This document shows, in pieces, positions 29,925 to 39,964 of a DNA stretch of 64,000 nucleotides. The stretch is from NCBI GenBank assembly GCA_963816145.1, contig CAWFJP010000001.1, forward strand, positions 320,001 through 384,000. Reading direction: 5' to 3'. The first letter of the stretch is position 1. The number at the start of each line of letters is the position of its first letter. The notes beneath the pieces were generated by a model, which had not been told where the DNA came from, searched no databases, and saw nothing but the letters and a program-made list of their open reading frames with translations. Made by a program: the position numbers and the translations under genes. The stretch comes from an uncultured delta proteobacterium (GTDB lineage: Bacteria > Desulfobacterota > Binatia > UBA9968).

Positions 29925-30914
29925 TTGCGTAAATCACTATCGCTGATGGTTGTTATCATTATTGTTGGCTTGGCGTTCGTAATACCCGCCGCCGCCCAGG
30001 AGCGCATGCGCATCGCCTGGGCCGGCAGCACGCCATCGAACACGCCGATCTGGGTCGCCGATCAAAAAGGATTTTTCAAGAAGAACGGCCTCAACGTCGA
30101 GGTCATCAGCATCAGCGCCAGCACCATCGTGATCCAAGCGCTGCTCACCGGCGAAGTCGATTTCATCATCGCTCCGTCGGCGACCTTGGTTACCTCCAAG
30201 CTAGCCGGCGCCGACACTGTCATGGTGTCGACCAATCTGCCGCTCTTCATCGACCATATCGTGTCGCTCGGCAGCATCACGACGGTCGAACAGCTCAAGG
30301 GAAAGATCGGCGGCGTCAACCGCTTGGGCACGACCTCCGATATGACGCTCCGCTTGGCGCTGCGCCGCCTGGGAGTGGACCCGGAGAAGGAAACCAAAAT
30401 CATCGCCACCGGCGAGAATCCCCAGCGCCTCGCCGCCCTCGCCAACAACATCACCCAGTTCACGCTGCTCGGCGAACCGCTGGTGCGCGAAGCGGAAAAA
30501 CTCGGCTTCCGCGATCTCTACGACATCGGCACGCTGAAGATCCCCTACCACGTCAACGCCGTCGTCACCCGCGAAAAGACGGTCAAAGAACGCCGGCCGC
30601 TGGTGCAAAAAGTCGTGCGCGCGTTTACGGAATCGCTGCACTACATCCACACCAACAAAGAAGACACCAAAGCGCTCATCGGCAAAAACCTCAAAACCAA
30701 AGACCCCGAAGGTTTGGAGCGCGCCTACAAAGCCTACAACTCAGCATTCCCCGAAATTCCTTACCCGAATGCCGAAGGCGTCAAAACCCTCCTCGACGAC
30801 ATCGCCCCGCGCGACAAAAAAGCCGCCGCCGCCGACCCGAAAAGTTTCGTCGATATGAGCGTGGTGCAGGAGTTGGAAGCGTCGGGGTTTATCAAGCAGC
30901 TGTATAAGAGATAA
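29925..30914 (+). CDS. ABC substrate-binding protein, NitT/TauT family (orphan)
   Basis: TTG start after ggagag; signal peptide; GFFKKNGL.VE, LKGK..GV.R.G..SD and FVD.S.VQELEASGFI. Confidence 0.88.
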   Translation: MRKSLSLMVVIIIVGLAFVIPAAAQERMRIAWAGSTPSNTPIWVADQKGFFKKNGLNVEVISISASTIVIQALLTGEVDFIIAPSATLVTSKLAGADTVMVSTNLPLFIDHIVSLGSITTVEQLKGKIGGVNRLGTTSDMTLRLALRRLGVDPEKETKIIATGENPQRLAALANNITQFTLLGEPLVREAEKLGFRDLYDIGTLKIPYHVNAVVTREKTVKERRPLVQKVVRAFTESLHYIHTNKEDTKALIGKNLKTKDPEGLERAYKAYNSAFPEIPYPNAEGVKTLLDDIAPRDKKAAAADPKSFVDMSVVQELEASGFIKQLYKR

Positions 30915-31065
30915 ACACCGCAACTATTCGCCCGACTCGACGGCACGGCGTTCCGTTATAATCCCCATAGCCGAAGCTGCTCAGCGGCTCCGCGCTTTAG
31001 TCCAACACGTTTTATCCCCTTGGTCTGACTCCCGCACCATCAACCAATTTGATTGCCTCCATGCT

Positions 31066-31338
31066 TTGAGGGATAAAACGCTATATGTTATCCGGTCGAG
31101 AGTTAACGATGAGCAAAGGGTCGCTTCGCCACATAGGAAAGATCTGCCCTCATGGCTTGAACCTTGGAGAAGGATAATCGTAATCAATCTCATATTCCTG
31201 GCAATACTTGCTTGTATTGGCGTGGCTTATTTCCTCTTCGTTCGACTCTGCTATGGCATCATTGGTGTTGCGTGTACCGGATTTGATGGCCCTGCAATTG
31301 GGTTTCAAGAATCGACAACGATTTCTAATCAAGGCTAA
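31066..31338 (+). CDS. Hypothetical membrane protein (putative gene cassette, possibly degraded)
   Basis: AT-richer segment with one long hydrophobic stretch, ending about 50 bp before attC 31386. Confidence 0.35.
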   Translation: MRDKTLYVIRSRVNDEQRVASPHRKDLPSWLEPWRRIIVINLIFLAILACIGVAYFLFVRLCYGIIGVACTGFDGPAIGFQESTTISNQG

Positions 31339-31385
31339 AACGAGAAGGTAGAAAAGGACGGGAGTAAGTTACGGAGCGTGCCGCC

Positions 31386-31468
31386 GGTTAACCCGCCGCT
31401 TGAGCCGATTGCGAGGTCAACGTGACCAAGATATTTCTTAATAACGTCTCAGCGGCATGGCGTTAGGC
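31386..31468 (+). mobile_element. Integron attC site
   Basis: Starts GGTTAAC and ends GTTAGGC (GTTRRRY). The left arm gccgct[t]gag pairs with the right arm ctcagcggc, leaving an extrahelical base; 83 bp. Confidence 0.75.
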
Positions 31469-31494
31469 CCTGGAAGCAGAGAGAGGAGAGCACG

Positions 31495-31839
31495 ATGAGC
31501 AACGAACAGGTGGCACCTGAGACGAAAGGTGTTACGGTGAAGTTACTTGCAACGGTTGACCTTGGCCCTGAGATCGAGGGCATGGCAGGGCGCCAACTTC
31601 GAATGCGTATGGTGACCATCGAGCCTGGAGGCGTCTTCGGCCCGATTCACGACCATAGAGACAGACCAGGCACCGTCTACATACTGCAAGGAACGATCAC
31701 TGACCATAGAAATGGAGTCGCTACGGACTATGGGCCGGGAGTGGGCTGGCCCGAGGATAGGAACACCACACACTGGCTTGAGAACAGAGGAACGATTCCA
31801 GCGGTGGAGATCTCGGTCGATATAGTCAGGCAAGAGTAA
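31495..31839 (+). CDS. Cupin domain protein (gene cassette)
   Basis: LRMRMVTIEPGG, HDH.DRPG..YILQG and HWLEN.G; strong RBS gaggag 15 bp after attC; flanked by two attC sites. Confidence 0.88.
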   Translation: MSNEQVAPETKGVTVKLLATVDLGPEIEGMAGRQLRMRMVTIEPGGVFGPIHDHRDRPGTVYILQGTITDHRNGVATDYGPGVGWPEDRNTTHWLENRGTIPAVEISVDIVRQE

Positions 31840-31867
31840 GCTCAGGCCCGATATCCAACACGGCCGG

Positions 31868-31945
31868 GCCTAACACGCGGCTCAACCGGACGCGCTTCAG
31901 TCGGCTTTGCCTCCTTTTGCGCGCCGGTTAGCCACAACGTTAAGC
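31868..31945 (+). mobile_element. Integron attC site
   Basis: GCCTAAC (RYYYAAC) ... GTTAAGC (GTTRRRY). The arms ggct[c]aaccgg[a]cgcgc / gcgcgccggttagcc give extrahelical G and T on the bottom strand; 78 bp. Confidence 0.88.
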
Positions 31946-31959
31946 TGCTAGAGGCAATT

Positions 31960-32362
31960 AGACGCGCCTTCCAAAATGGGTCGTTCGTATCGCGAATGAG
32001 CTCACTAAACTCGCCTTGCTGGTTGGTGTCCCTCGGCCTCCATATACGCGAGCAAACGCGCTTATCATTGAAACAGTCGGCCACCGTCGGGTAAACGGCG
32101 CCGTATCCCCGTAGGGTATCTCGACGACGGCGGGCGCATCATCGTCGTTGTGGAAGACGGTTCCCGCGCCCAATGGGTCCGCAACGCCCTCGCGGATGAC
32201 GGCCGCCTCAGACTTCACTTGCGCGGAGTATGGCGCCAAGCCCGGTTGCGGATCCTCGACGCAGACCCGCAAATTTATCTTCGCCGGATGAATCGTGTGC
32301 ATGCGGCTTTCGTGCGGCTCGAATCGACCACCCCGGCGGTCGTGGAGATCGTACCTGAATGA
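31960..32362 (+). pseudogene. Deazaflavin (F420)-dependent nitroreductase-like (Ddn/DUF385) cassette gene, frameshifted, start codon lost
   Basis: One frame gives ...NALIIETVGHR. After a shift at ~32085 it continues SGKRRRIPVGYLDDGGRIIVVVEDGSRAQWVRNA, matching T.GR.SG..R..P and .W.RN of the family. Confidence 0.65.
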
Positions 32363-32481
32363 ACGACGCGCAGTGAATCGTGCGCGCATCAAGGTGATTG
32401 CGCTAGGCGAGAAACGCGAACCGTGAGTTCCGTGAAGATGGCTCAGCCGCCAAAAGGCGTTCACGGCCGCCTTTGTGACGA

Positions 32482-33564
32482 CTAATTCAACCCGTAAAAC
32501 ACCCGCGGATTGTCCTCGACGATCTTCTTATGCTGCGCCGCGCTGATGCCGCCGCTATCTTTCAGCGTCGTCAGCGCGTCCAGTTCGGTCGACGAATCGG
32601 CGTGGCCGTAGTCGGTACCGATCATCAGCGTATTCTCGCCCATGCAGGTCTTGATCAGGTACGGCACGTCGTCGCCGATCTGACAGGTAACGAAGATGCC
32701 GGACTTCTCCAGCAAATCGTTGGGCAATTTTCTATTGACCGTGTCCAAGCGCCGGCGCAGCTCGTAGATCACCCAGGGCACCCAGGACGCCGCGGTTTCG
32801 ATGAATCCGAAACGCAGCTTCGGAAACTTCTGCGGGATGCCGCAGTTTAGGATGCGGAACATCGCGCCGACATTGAATATCCGATATTGATTGAAAAAAT
32901 CGCGGCTGCCGTCAGGGTTGACCATCATGTCCACCGCCGCGGCGCTGCCGTTGGCCTGGTGCAAGCCAATGCAGAAGTTGAGCTTCTCAGCCAGCTCGTA
33001 CATCGGAAAAAAGTAAGGATCGCTGATCTGGCGCGCGCCTTCGAGAGGCCGCATGAACACGCCGCAGCCGCCGTTGTCCTTGGCAAACTTCAATTGATCG
33101 AGCGCATCGGCCATGCTGAGCAGCGGCAAGCAGGCCATCCAGCGCAATCGCCCGTTGCTATTCTTCCAGACATCGGCCATCCAGCGGTTGAATGCGCCGC
33201 ACAACGCGACTTCGGTATCGGCGCGCTCGGTCACCTGATCGAGAAAGATGCTGGTGTAGAGCACCTGGATATCGATGCCCAATTCATCCATATGCTTGAT
33301 CCGCCCCGATACGTCGGCCAAATCGCGGTTGGCCATCGTCGTGCTCACGTCCCGGCCGATCTCGGCGGATTTTTTGTCGAGATCTTCTTTGCTGAAGGTG
33401 AAGCGAAACAATCCGCGAATCTTGCCGTCGATGACCCAGTGCGCCTTCTGATTGTCATCCTCCGGCTTGAACAGCATGGGCCGAAATTTTTTCTCCGCCG
33501 GCGTCAGATAGTCCCAAGTCAGCGGACTCTCGACAACATGCGCATCAGCGTCTACCCATCCCAT
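32482..33564 (-). CDS. Amidohydrolase family protein (amidohydro_2)
   Basis: DADAHVVE, MDELGID.QVLY, PYF.PMY, FPKLRFGFIE and GTDYGHAD. Confidence 0.9.
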   Translation of the reverse strand: MGWVDADAHVVESPLTWDYLTPAEKKFRPMLFKPEDDNQKAHWVIDGKIRGLFRFTFSKEDLDKKSAEIGRDVSTTMANRDLADVSGRIKHMDELGIDIQVLYTSIFLDQVTERADTEVALCGAFNRWMADVWKNSNGRLRWMACLPLLSMADALDQLKFAKDNGGCGVFMRPLEGARQISDPYFFPMYELAEKLNFCIGLHQANGSAAAVDMMVNPDGSRDFFNQYRIFNVGAMFRILNCGIPQKFPKLRFGFIETAASWVPWVIYELRRRLDTVNRKLPNDLLEKSGIFVTCQIGDDVPYLIKTCMGENTLMIGTDYGHADSSTELDALTTLKDSGGISAAQHKKIVEDNPRVFYGLN

Positions 33565-33586
33565 GGCGATTTCCTCCGTCAATCCA

Positions 33587-33715
33587 TTTTGGATTTTTGA
33601 TTTGGGATTTTGGATTGCAAGTCCGAATCCAAATTCCCTGCTAATGCCTGTTGCCTACTGCCTATTGCCTTCTTAAACGCTCTTACTCAAGCCTCGCGCC
33701 TCATGCCTCATGCCT
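33587..33715. repeat. Heptamer tandem repeats (ttttgga; tgcctat; gcctcat)
   Basis: ttttggatttttgatttgggattttggatt; tgcctgttgcctactgcctattgcct (again at 63844-63869); gcctcatgcctcatgcct. Confidence 0.6.
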
Positions 33716-33718
33716 AGT

Positions 33719-34484
33719 CTAGTGCAGCACCGCGCCGCCATTGACCAGAATCGTCTGCCCAGTAACAAACGTGCTCAGATCCGAAAGCAGATACAGCGCC
33801 GTGCCGACCAAATCCTCCGGCTGCTCGATGCGCTTGAGAATGCGCGTCGACGCCGAGCGCTCGTAATTTTTGACCGCTTCGTCGGTCGCCTTGTCTTCGC
33901 TCATGGTCGAGCCGGGCGCCAACGTGTTGACGCGAATATTGTCCGAGCCGAGCTCGCGGGCGAGCACACGGCTGAAACCCACCACCGCCGCCTTCGAAGT
34001 CACGTAGTGCATCATCGTCAAGCCACCGTTGAAAGCCATGTTGGAGGAAATATTCACGACGCTGCCTTGTTTGCGTTTCTGCATCGCCGGCACCACTGCC
34101 CGACTGCACAACCACAAGCCTTTGACGTTGACCGCCATGATCCGGTCCCAGGCTTCTTCGGTGATGTCCTGCCAGGTGCCTTTCTCCGCCGGCACGCTCA
34201 TGAAGATCGCCGCGTTGTTGATCAGTCCGTCGATCTGACCATAAGCGCCGAGAGCTTTCCCGGCCATCTCCTGGCAGCTTGGAGAAATTCGCCACGTCGA
34301 CTTTGGTCGCCAGCGCTTTGCCGCCCTTGTCGGCGATCGCCTTGGCGACGGCGTCGGCAGCCTTGTCATCGATATCGGCGACCACCGCCGTTCCGCCTTC
34401 CCGCGCGATCCCCATACAATACGCGCGGCCGATGCCATGCCCGCCCCCGGTCACCACCACCACTTTGCCGTCGAGTAAACCCAT
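33719..34484 (-). CDS. Short-chain dehydrogenase/reductase; +1 frameshift at ~34280
   Basis: TGGGHGIG in ORF 33714..34484 joins LINNAAI, NISS, YVTSK and IRVNTLAPG in ORF 33719..34438 if one base of tccaagctg is removed. Confidence 0.88.
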
Positions 34485-34595
34485 CTAAACCTCTCTTTTA
34501 CCGCTAATACTTATCGCAACTATCGGCCATCGTTCAATGAAACGGAACCCTGGGCGACATTGAACTTTGAACCCTTGAACCTTGAACGGCTTTAC

Positions 34596-35651
34596 CTAGG
34601 GTCTGAGAATTTTTTTCAATTTCGCCTTGAGGTCGGGCGAAAGCCCGAGGAAGTCGTTGATCAATTTTTGCACATGTTGCGCCGAGACCGGCTCGATGTC
34701 GAGCTTGCCTTTCTCGGCATCGGCGAGAAATTCTTTGTCGGCAAATGTCCGCGTCAGCGCAGTTTCGAGCGCGGCGCCGCGCTCCGGCGGCGTCCCAGGA
34801 GGAATCACGTAGACTTTGCCGAACTGATTGGGCGCCGCCGCGCCAAAACGCAGCAGCTGACGCTGCTCTTCGGTCTTGGCGATCTGCGGGATGGTCGGCA
34901 CATTCTTCACCGGCAAATCCGCGACCGGGTTGTCGGCCAATTGCGCGAGCAGTTGCCAGTCGCCGCTCTTGATGCGGTCCAAGGAAGTCACTTTCGACGA
35001 TTCCCAACTGTTCATGATGCCGTCGATCTCGCCGCTCTCCATGGCCAACCGGACATCGGCGGTGCCTTTGTAGCCGCTGACGACTTTGATGTTGGCGCCC
35101 AACAGGTCGCGCATCAGCAACGGCCCTTGTTCCACCGTCGAGCCCGGGATACCGCCGACGGTGATTTGCTTCGACTTGGCGCCGAGCAGCTCGTCCAGCT
35201 TCGTCACGCCGGACTTGCGCGTCGTGATCAGCAAATAGGTTTCGCCGATGGGCACGCCGAGGTAGCGAAACTTGGCCAAATCATATTGCACTGCGGGATT
35301 GCCAAAGAGCTGTTCGAGAATAATCTGGCCGCTGAAGTTGCCGATCACCGTGCCATCCTTGGGGGCGACGTTGTACAAATGGTTGGCCAGCAGGATGCTG
35401 CCGGCGCCGGCCATGTTTTCGACGATGACACTGGGATTGCCGGGAATATGTTTCTGAATATGCCGGCCGATCAAGCGAGAATAGGCGTCGTAGCCGCCGC
35501 CCGCGGAAAAACCGACGATAATTCTCACCGTTTTACCGTGGTAGAAATCGGCCACGGACTTGTCGTCCGCTGCGGCGGCCCAGGTTTGGCCAGCCAAGCC
35601 CGCACATCCAAGTAAGAACAGGACCACCAACGACGAGAATAACTTTTTCAC
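34596..35651 (-). CDS. TctC/Bug-like substrate-binding protein (orphan)
   Basis: GTG start after ggagg; GFSAGGGYD.YSR, HIPGNP...VENMAGAGS and GYKGT.D..LA.E.GE.DG. Confidence 0.9.
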   Translation of the reverse strand: MKKLFSSLVVLFLLGCAGLAGQTWAAAADDKSVADFYHGKTVRIIVGFSAGGGYDAYSRLIGRHIQKHIPGNPSVIVENMAGAGSILLANHLYNVAPKDGTVIGNFSGQIILEQLFGNPAVQYDLAKFRYLGVPIGETYLLITTRKSGVTKLDELLGAKSKQITVGGIPGSTVEQGPLLMRDLLGANIKVVSGYKGTADVRLAMESGEIDGIMNSWESSKVTSLDRIKSGDWQLLAQLADNPVADLPVKNVPTIPQIAKTEEQRQLLRFGAAAPNQFGKVYVIPPGTPPERGAALETALTRTFADKEFLADAEKGKLDIEPVSAQHVQKLINDFLGLSPDLKAKLKKILRP

Positions 35652-35757
35652 AGTTACCTCCACAGAAGAAGTTCGTTCCTTGTTCTGGCTATCACCCTGC
35701 TCCAACGACTGTCAACAGCGCAATCGCGTCAAAGGCTGGCGTCTACGCTCTAGCGTT

Positions 35758-35767
35758 GAAACGTTTC
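35758..35767. promoter_or_regulatory. Perfect palindrome GAAACGTTTC (LacI-type operator-like) between divergent genes
   Basis: 10-bp palindrome just upstream of a TAGACT -10-like hexamer; no LacI gene in the window. Confidence 0.25.
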
Positions 35768-35852
35768 TCTACATAGACTGCGAGAAAAAGTTGAGATAAT
35801 CACTAGAGGCCGAGCAGCAATGGCAAACGTTAGTCCGCAGGCGAGGAAGTTC

Positions 35853-36651
35853 ATGAGCAAACCACAAGGCAAATTCACCGAAGTCCAAGGCATCAAGCTG
35901 CACTATTTAGAATGGGGCGAGCGCGGCAAACCCGAACTGCTGCTAGTCCACGGCTGGACGAGTTTCGCCGCGAGCTGGAGCGCGGTGGCCGAGCATTTCC
36001 AAGATCGCTTTCACGTCATCGCTCCCGACCTGCGCGGCCATGGCGAGTCGGACAAGCCACTGACCGGTTACCGCCTGCGCGACTTCGCCGAGGACATGCG
36101 CGAGCTGATCGAGAATCTGGAACTAAAAAAACTTGCTTACGTCGGCCACTCCTGGGGCGGCAACATCGGCACCATACTCGCCGCCGACTCGCCGCAATTG
36201 ATTTCCCGCGCTTTCCTGGAAGATCCGGTCTACTGGCGCATGATCCACGCCTTCATGACCGCCCTCCCCAACGCCCTGGCGAGACGCAACAAGCCCGAGG
36301 CTGAGATCCGCGCCGAGGCGAAGCAAAAGAACTTGTCACAGGCCGACGAAGACATGGAGGTCTACCGCAACCATCACTTCGCCGCCCACGCGCTGACCCG
36401 ACTGCTCACCGACAACCGCGACTGGGCCCTGGGCTTCGAAGATCCTTTCAAACGCATCGCCGTGCCGACAAAAATCCTGGTCGCCGACCACAAAGTCGGC
36501 GGCGCCATCATGCGCGAAGAGATCGACCTATCTTGAACGCATCGCTCCAGCGTTAGTGAAATTGGAATTATGGGAAGGAGTCGGCCATGGCATGAAAGCG
36601 GCGAAGCCGACAGAGTACAACCACGCGTTGGAGGCGTGGTTAACAATCTAA
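35853..36651 (+). CDS. Alpha/beta hydrolase; +1 frameshift at ~36528
   Basis: LVHGW, DLRGHG.S and GHSWGG. Removing one C restores YLERIAPALVKLELWEGVGHGMKAAKP...WLTI-stop, which carries the catalytic His. Confidence 0.85.
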
Positions 36652-36707
36652 CGGAAAAACACCGTGGATCATACGCTTCCCTAAGCGTCTTTTCGAACTT
36701 CGCAATC

Positions 36708-37814
36708 ATGCTAAAAAACACTCTCGTAAACGCGGCATTAATGGCGTTCGGTGTTTTCTTTGCTCTGAGCGCGTTCGATATTGCGGTTTATCTGTCGCCA
36801 AAAGACATTTTGCCAAGTCCTTTGCTAAATCTCGTTCAGCAGATGGAAATGAACTCAGGAAGTCACTACCTCAATCACCCAGAGATTGGCCAAATCCTGA
36901 AGCCTGGAACGGATTTTGTCTTTACCGGTGATGAGTTTACTTTTAAGCTGCAAACTCGTTTGAATTATCCCGATGCCGGCTTTCGCGGCGGCACGTTAGG
37001 GGGCCCCGCTTGGGGCGCCGCCTTCGGAGATTCGTTCACATTCGGCGCGGGGGTTGATGATACCGCAACGTGGGTTGCGCAGCTTGCTAAACTAACGAAC
37101 CGGGAAATCATCAATTTTGCTGAGCCAGGTCATGGTCCTCATCAGTACACTCGGATATTCCAAAAATATGGCAAACCCCTACGCCCTCAAATCATCTTTT
37201 ACACGCTCTACACAAACGACCTCGAAGACGGCCAGCGATTCGAAAAACGCCATAAAAGTCATAAAAGTAGCAAGCGAACTTTCTCAATAAAGCAATTCTT
37301 AAAAAACTACTCGGCCAGTAACAATCTGTTTAGGAACTTGACTCGCTCTTTCATAACAAAACGCGGAGATAACACCTGGGGCGGCATCGGCCTAAAACTA
37401 TTGGAGCGAAAGCTGCGAAACCCCTACGGCATTCCGGATGGAGAATTCGAATCAACCTGGGCGGCAATTGCTAAACAGATAGAAGGCGCGGTCGACGAGA
37501 GCAAGCGCATCAATGCAACTTTTGTATTTCTTTACTTCCCCTCAAAGGAAGAAGTGTATTGGCGACTCGACAAGGAAAAGGTCAAACCGATCAAAGACTT
37601 CGAAGAACGAATCGAAAGGCTAAGCAAAACCACGCAAAGCTTTTGTCGATTTCGTCAACTCTTGTGCCCGGATCTAAGTTCCGCGCTAAGACATCGGGGG
37701 CTGAACGGTGAAACACTTTACTTCCCAGTCGATATTCACTGGAATGAGAGAGGTCACCTAGCCGTCGCTCAAGAACTTTTCAAATTCTTGCGCGAGAAAA
37801 ATCTAATCAACTAG
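36708..37814 (+). CDS. SGNH/GDSL hydrolase-like (AlgX/AlgJ-like) membrane-anchored protein
   Basis: N-terminal TM, FGDSFTFG, YTND and D.HWN..GH; visibly AT-richer than its neighbours. Confidence 0.8.
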   Translation: MLKNTLVNAALMAFGVFFALSAFDIAVYLSPKDILPSPLLNLVQQMEMNSGSHYLNHPEIGQILKPGTDFVFTGDEFTFKLQTRLNYPDAGFRGGTLGGPAWGAAFGDSFTFGAGVDDTATWVAQLAKLTNREIINFAEPGHGPHQYTRIFQKYGKPLRPQIIFYTLYTNDLEDGQRFEKRHKSHKSSKRTFSIKQFLKNYSASNNLFRNLTRSFITKRGDNTWGGIGLKLLERKLRNPYGIPDGEFESTWAAIAKQIEGAVDESKRINATFVFLYFPSKEEVYWRLDKEKVKPIKDFEERIERLSKTTQSFCRFRQLLCPDLSSALRHRGLNGETLYFPVDIHWNERGHLAVAQELFKFLREKNLIN

Positions 37815-37902
37815 GCCTCGAGGTTTTGTCGCTAGTCCATCCAGAATTGCCCGGATCTGCCGGCTGTTGGTTGCTCCCTGATGGCGCCGCCAATCCTCTA
37901 GT

Positions 37903-38739
37903 TCAACTGACTGCGCTATGCTTCTTCACCCAGTCGAGAATGACTTCGTTGGTCTCCTCCGGCGACTGCCAGAAAAATCCATGCGATTGGCCCTTGAGCA
38001 CTGTCATTTCGCCGCCACGGATGCGCTCCATCAGCACTCTGGCTTGCGCGATATGATTGCTACCCACGGTGTCGGCTTCGCCGATCAGCACTAACGTCGG
38101 CGCCTGGACATCGCCCAAGCGGTGCGTGCCTTCGAAGTTATGGCGCGCGATGCACAGATGAATGAACGGATCGAGCTTGGCGTGGGTTGCCCAGGCGACT
38201 TTGAAGAACTCTTCAACCCGGTCGCGGTGCTGCTCGCGGAAGTCTTTGGTGAAAAACGTGTCCGACTCAACGATCTCGTCGTAAATAAACTTTTCGAAAC
38301 CCATATCGACTAAGTCGTACACCATGCGATGCGGCAGTCCGGGAACGCAATCCGAACCCGCGCGTCCGGCGGTTCCGGAGCCGCTCGCCGCCATGATCAA
38401 ACTTTTCACCTTGCCGGGGAAGTTTTGCGCCAGGGATAAGGCGATGCGCCCGCCCATGGAGTGGCCGATGAAGTGGGCCGCCGGCAGTTGCAAATGTTCC
38501 ATCATGGCGGCGATGTCCAACGCCATTTGCTCGATAGTATATACAGATTGGCTCGGCACCGACCGGCCGCAGCCGCGCGGATCGTGAAAGATTAACTGCA
38601 ATGAACTTGCCAATGGCATCTGCCACGGCTTCCACACTTCGCCCGAATAAGCCGTCGACGGCACGAAGATCAGCGGCTCGCCCTGGCCGTGGGTTTCGTA
38701 ATACAGATCGACGCCGGTTGAGAGCTTTACGTTTGGCAT
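37903..38739 (-). CDS. Alpha/beta hydrolase
   Basis: LYYETHGQGEPL, DPRGCGRS, GHSMGG, IGEAD and SHG. Confidence 0.9.
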   Translation of the reverse strand: MPNVKLSTGVDLYYETHGQGEPLIFVPSTAYSGEVWKPWQMPLASSLQLIFHDPRGCGRSVPSQSVYTIEQMALDIAAMMEHLQLPAAHFIGHSMGGRIALSLAQNFPGKVKSLIMAASGSGTAGRAGSDCVPGLPHRMVYDLVDMGFEKFIYDEIVESDTFFTKDFREQHRDRVEEFFKVAWATHAKLDPFIHLCIARHNFEGTHRLGDVQAPTLVLIGEADTVGSNHIAQARVLMERIRGGEMTVLKGQSHGFFWQSPEETNEVILDWVKKHSAVS

Positions 38740-38780
38740 GGTTCAAGTACTCCTCTTGGATTTCCCTGCCGGAGTCAGCA

Positions 38781-38877
38781 AGATTTCTCCCTTCGGTCGA
38801 AATGACAAAAGCGAGCGTAATTTCTATTGCTAGATGAAGTCCACATTCCATGTCATCTCGAACGAAGTGAGAAATCT
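38781..38877. repeat. REP-like doublet (agatttctc...gaaatgaca family)
   Basis: agatttctcccttcggtcgaaatgaca ... tgtcatctcgaacgaagtgagaaatct. Confidence 0.72.
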
Positions 38878-38890
38878 TTCTGATATTTAT

Positions 38891-39883
38891 TTATTTGGCA
38901 GCGCCACTTTTGTAGAACCCGTCTTTCTCCAATTGGGCGACAAACCGGGTGTCGAGAAAATCTTCAGGCTTGGCCGTCTTGGCTTTGGGCTCGGTCGGCA
39001 GCAACTCGCCGATGATCGTTTCCATGCCCTTGCGCGTTACGTACGGCACCGTCTCGATATAAGCGCGCGCTTCGCCGTAAGTCGCTTCGAGAATCTCCGG
39101 GTCTTTGATGCGCGCGTATTTCTGAATGGCGCGGATGCCCGCCGCTTTGTTCACCTTCAAAAACTGCACGCCTTCGCTGTAGCCGCGGATGAACCGGCGT
39201 GTCATCTCTTCGTTGGCCTTGATGAATGAGCGCGTCGAGCCGATGGCGACCGACACATACTCGGGGCCGTCCTTGGTCACGTCCATTAATTCCGTCAACG
39301 CTGCCTTGCGGGCGCGGAAATTGGTCGGCGGCGACAGCGCACCGGCATCGACCTGACCGGCGACGATTGCGGTGAAAATATTCGGCACGTCGACCAGCTG
39401 GAGCATCTGATACTCTTCCGGCTTGATGCCGGCCTTGTTCATCACCCAAAGCGTCACGCTGTGCGTCGACGAGCCAATCCGCGTAATGCCGATTTTTCGC
39501 CCTTTCATCTCGGCGAAGCTCTTGATCTCCGGCCGCGCCATGAAAGAAAACACCAAACGATTGGCGACGCCGGCGATGATCACAACGTCGGCGCCCTTGA
39601 GCGCCGCCGTCACCGAATTGCGCCCGTCCATATAGGAATACTGTATTTCACCCGCGAGCATCACTTGAATCGCCCGCGAGGTCGACGGGATATGCACCAG
39701 CTCGACTTCCAAGCCATTCTTCCGAAACAAGCCCTCTTCCTGCGCCACCCAGGTGCCGCTCATGTTGCTGGCAAACGAAGTCCACGCCACGCGGGCTTTC
39801 ATCTGGGCGCCGCCGGCGCGCGGCGACAACAAGGCAAACAAAACGATCAGCGCAATCGACCCATATTGAAATTGAAGTTTCAT
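38891..39883 (-). CDS. ABC substrate-binding protein, NitT/TauT family (orphan)
   Basis: Signal peptide; GLFRKNGLEVEL, KGRKIGITRIGSST and AKPEDFLD.RFV..LE..GF. Confidence 0.9.
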   Translation of the reverse strand: MKLQFQYGSIALIVLFALLSPRAGGAQMKARVAWTSFASNMSGTWVAQEEGLFRKNGLEVELVHIPSTSRAIQVMLAGEIQYSYMDGRNSVTAALKGADVVIIAGVANRLVFSFMARPEIKSFAEMKGRKIGITRIGSSTHSVTLWVMNKAGIKPEEYQMLQLVDVPNIFTAIVAGQVDAGALSPPTNFRARKAALTELMDVTKDGPEYVSVAIGSTRSFIKANEEMTRRFIRGYSEGVQFLKVNKAAGIRAIQKYARIKDPEILEATYGEARAYIETVPYVTRKGMETIIGELLPTEPKAKTAKPEDFLDTRFVAQLEKDGFYKSGAAK

Positions 39884-39964
39884 CGAATGCTCCGGCCTCT
39901 ACACACAAAAGATGGCAGCTCCATATCACAGAACCCTTGTCGAGGTCGAGCCATAGCGGCTTGA

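Noticed and set aside
32441-32476. Third complete attC site
   Set aside because: Only a right-arm-like piece is visible, with no matching left arm. It overlaps a caaaaggcg/cgcctttg hairpin that may simply terminate the amidohydrolase gene.
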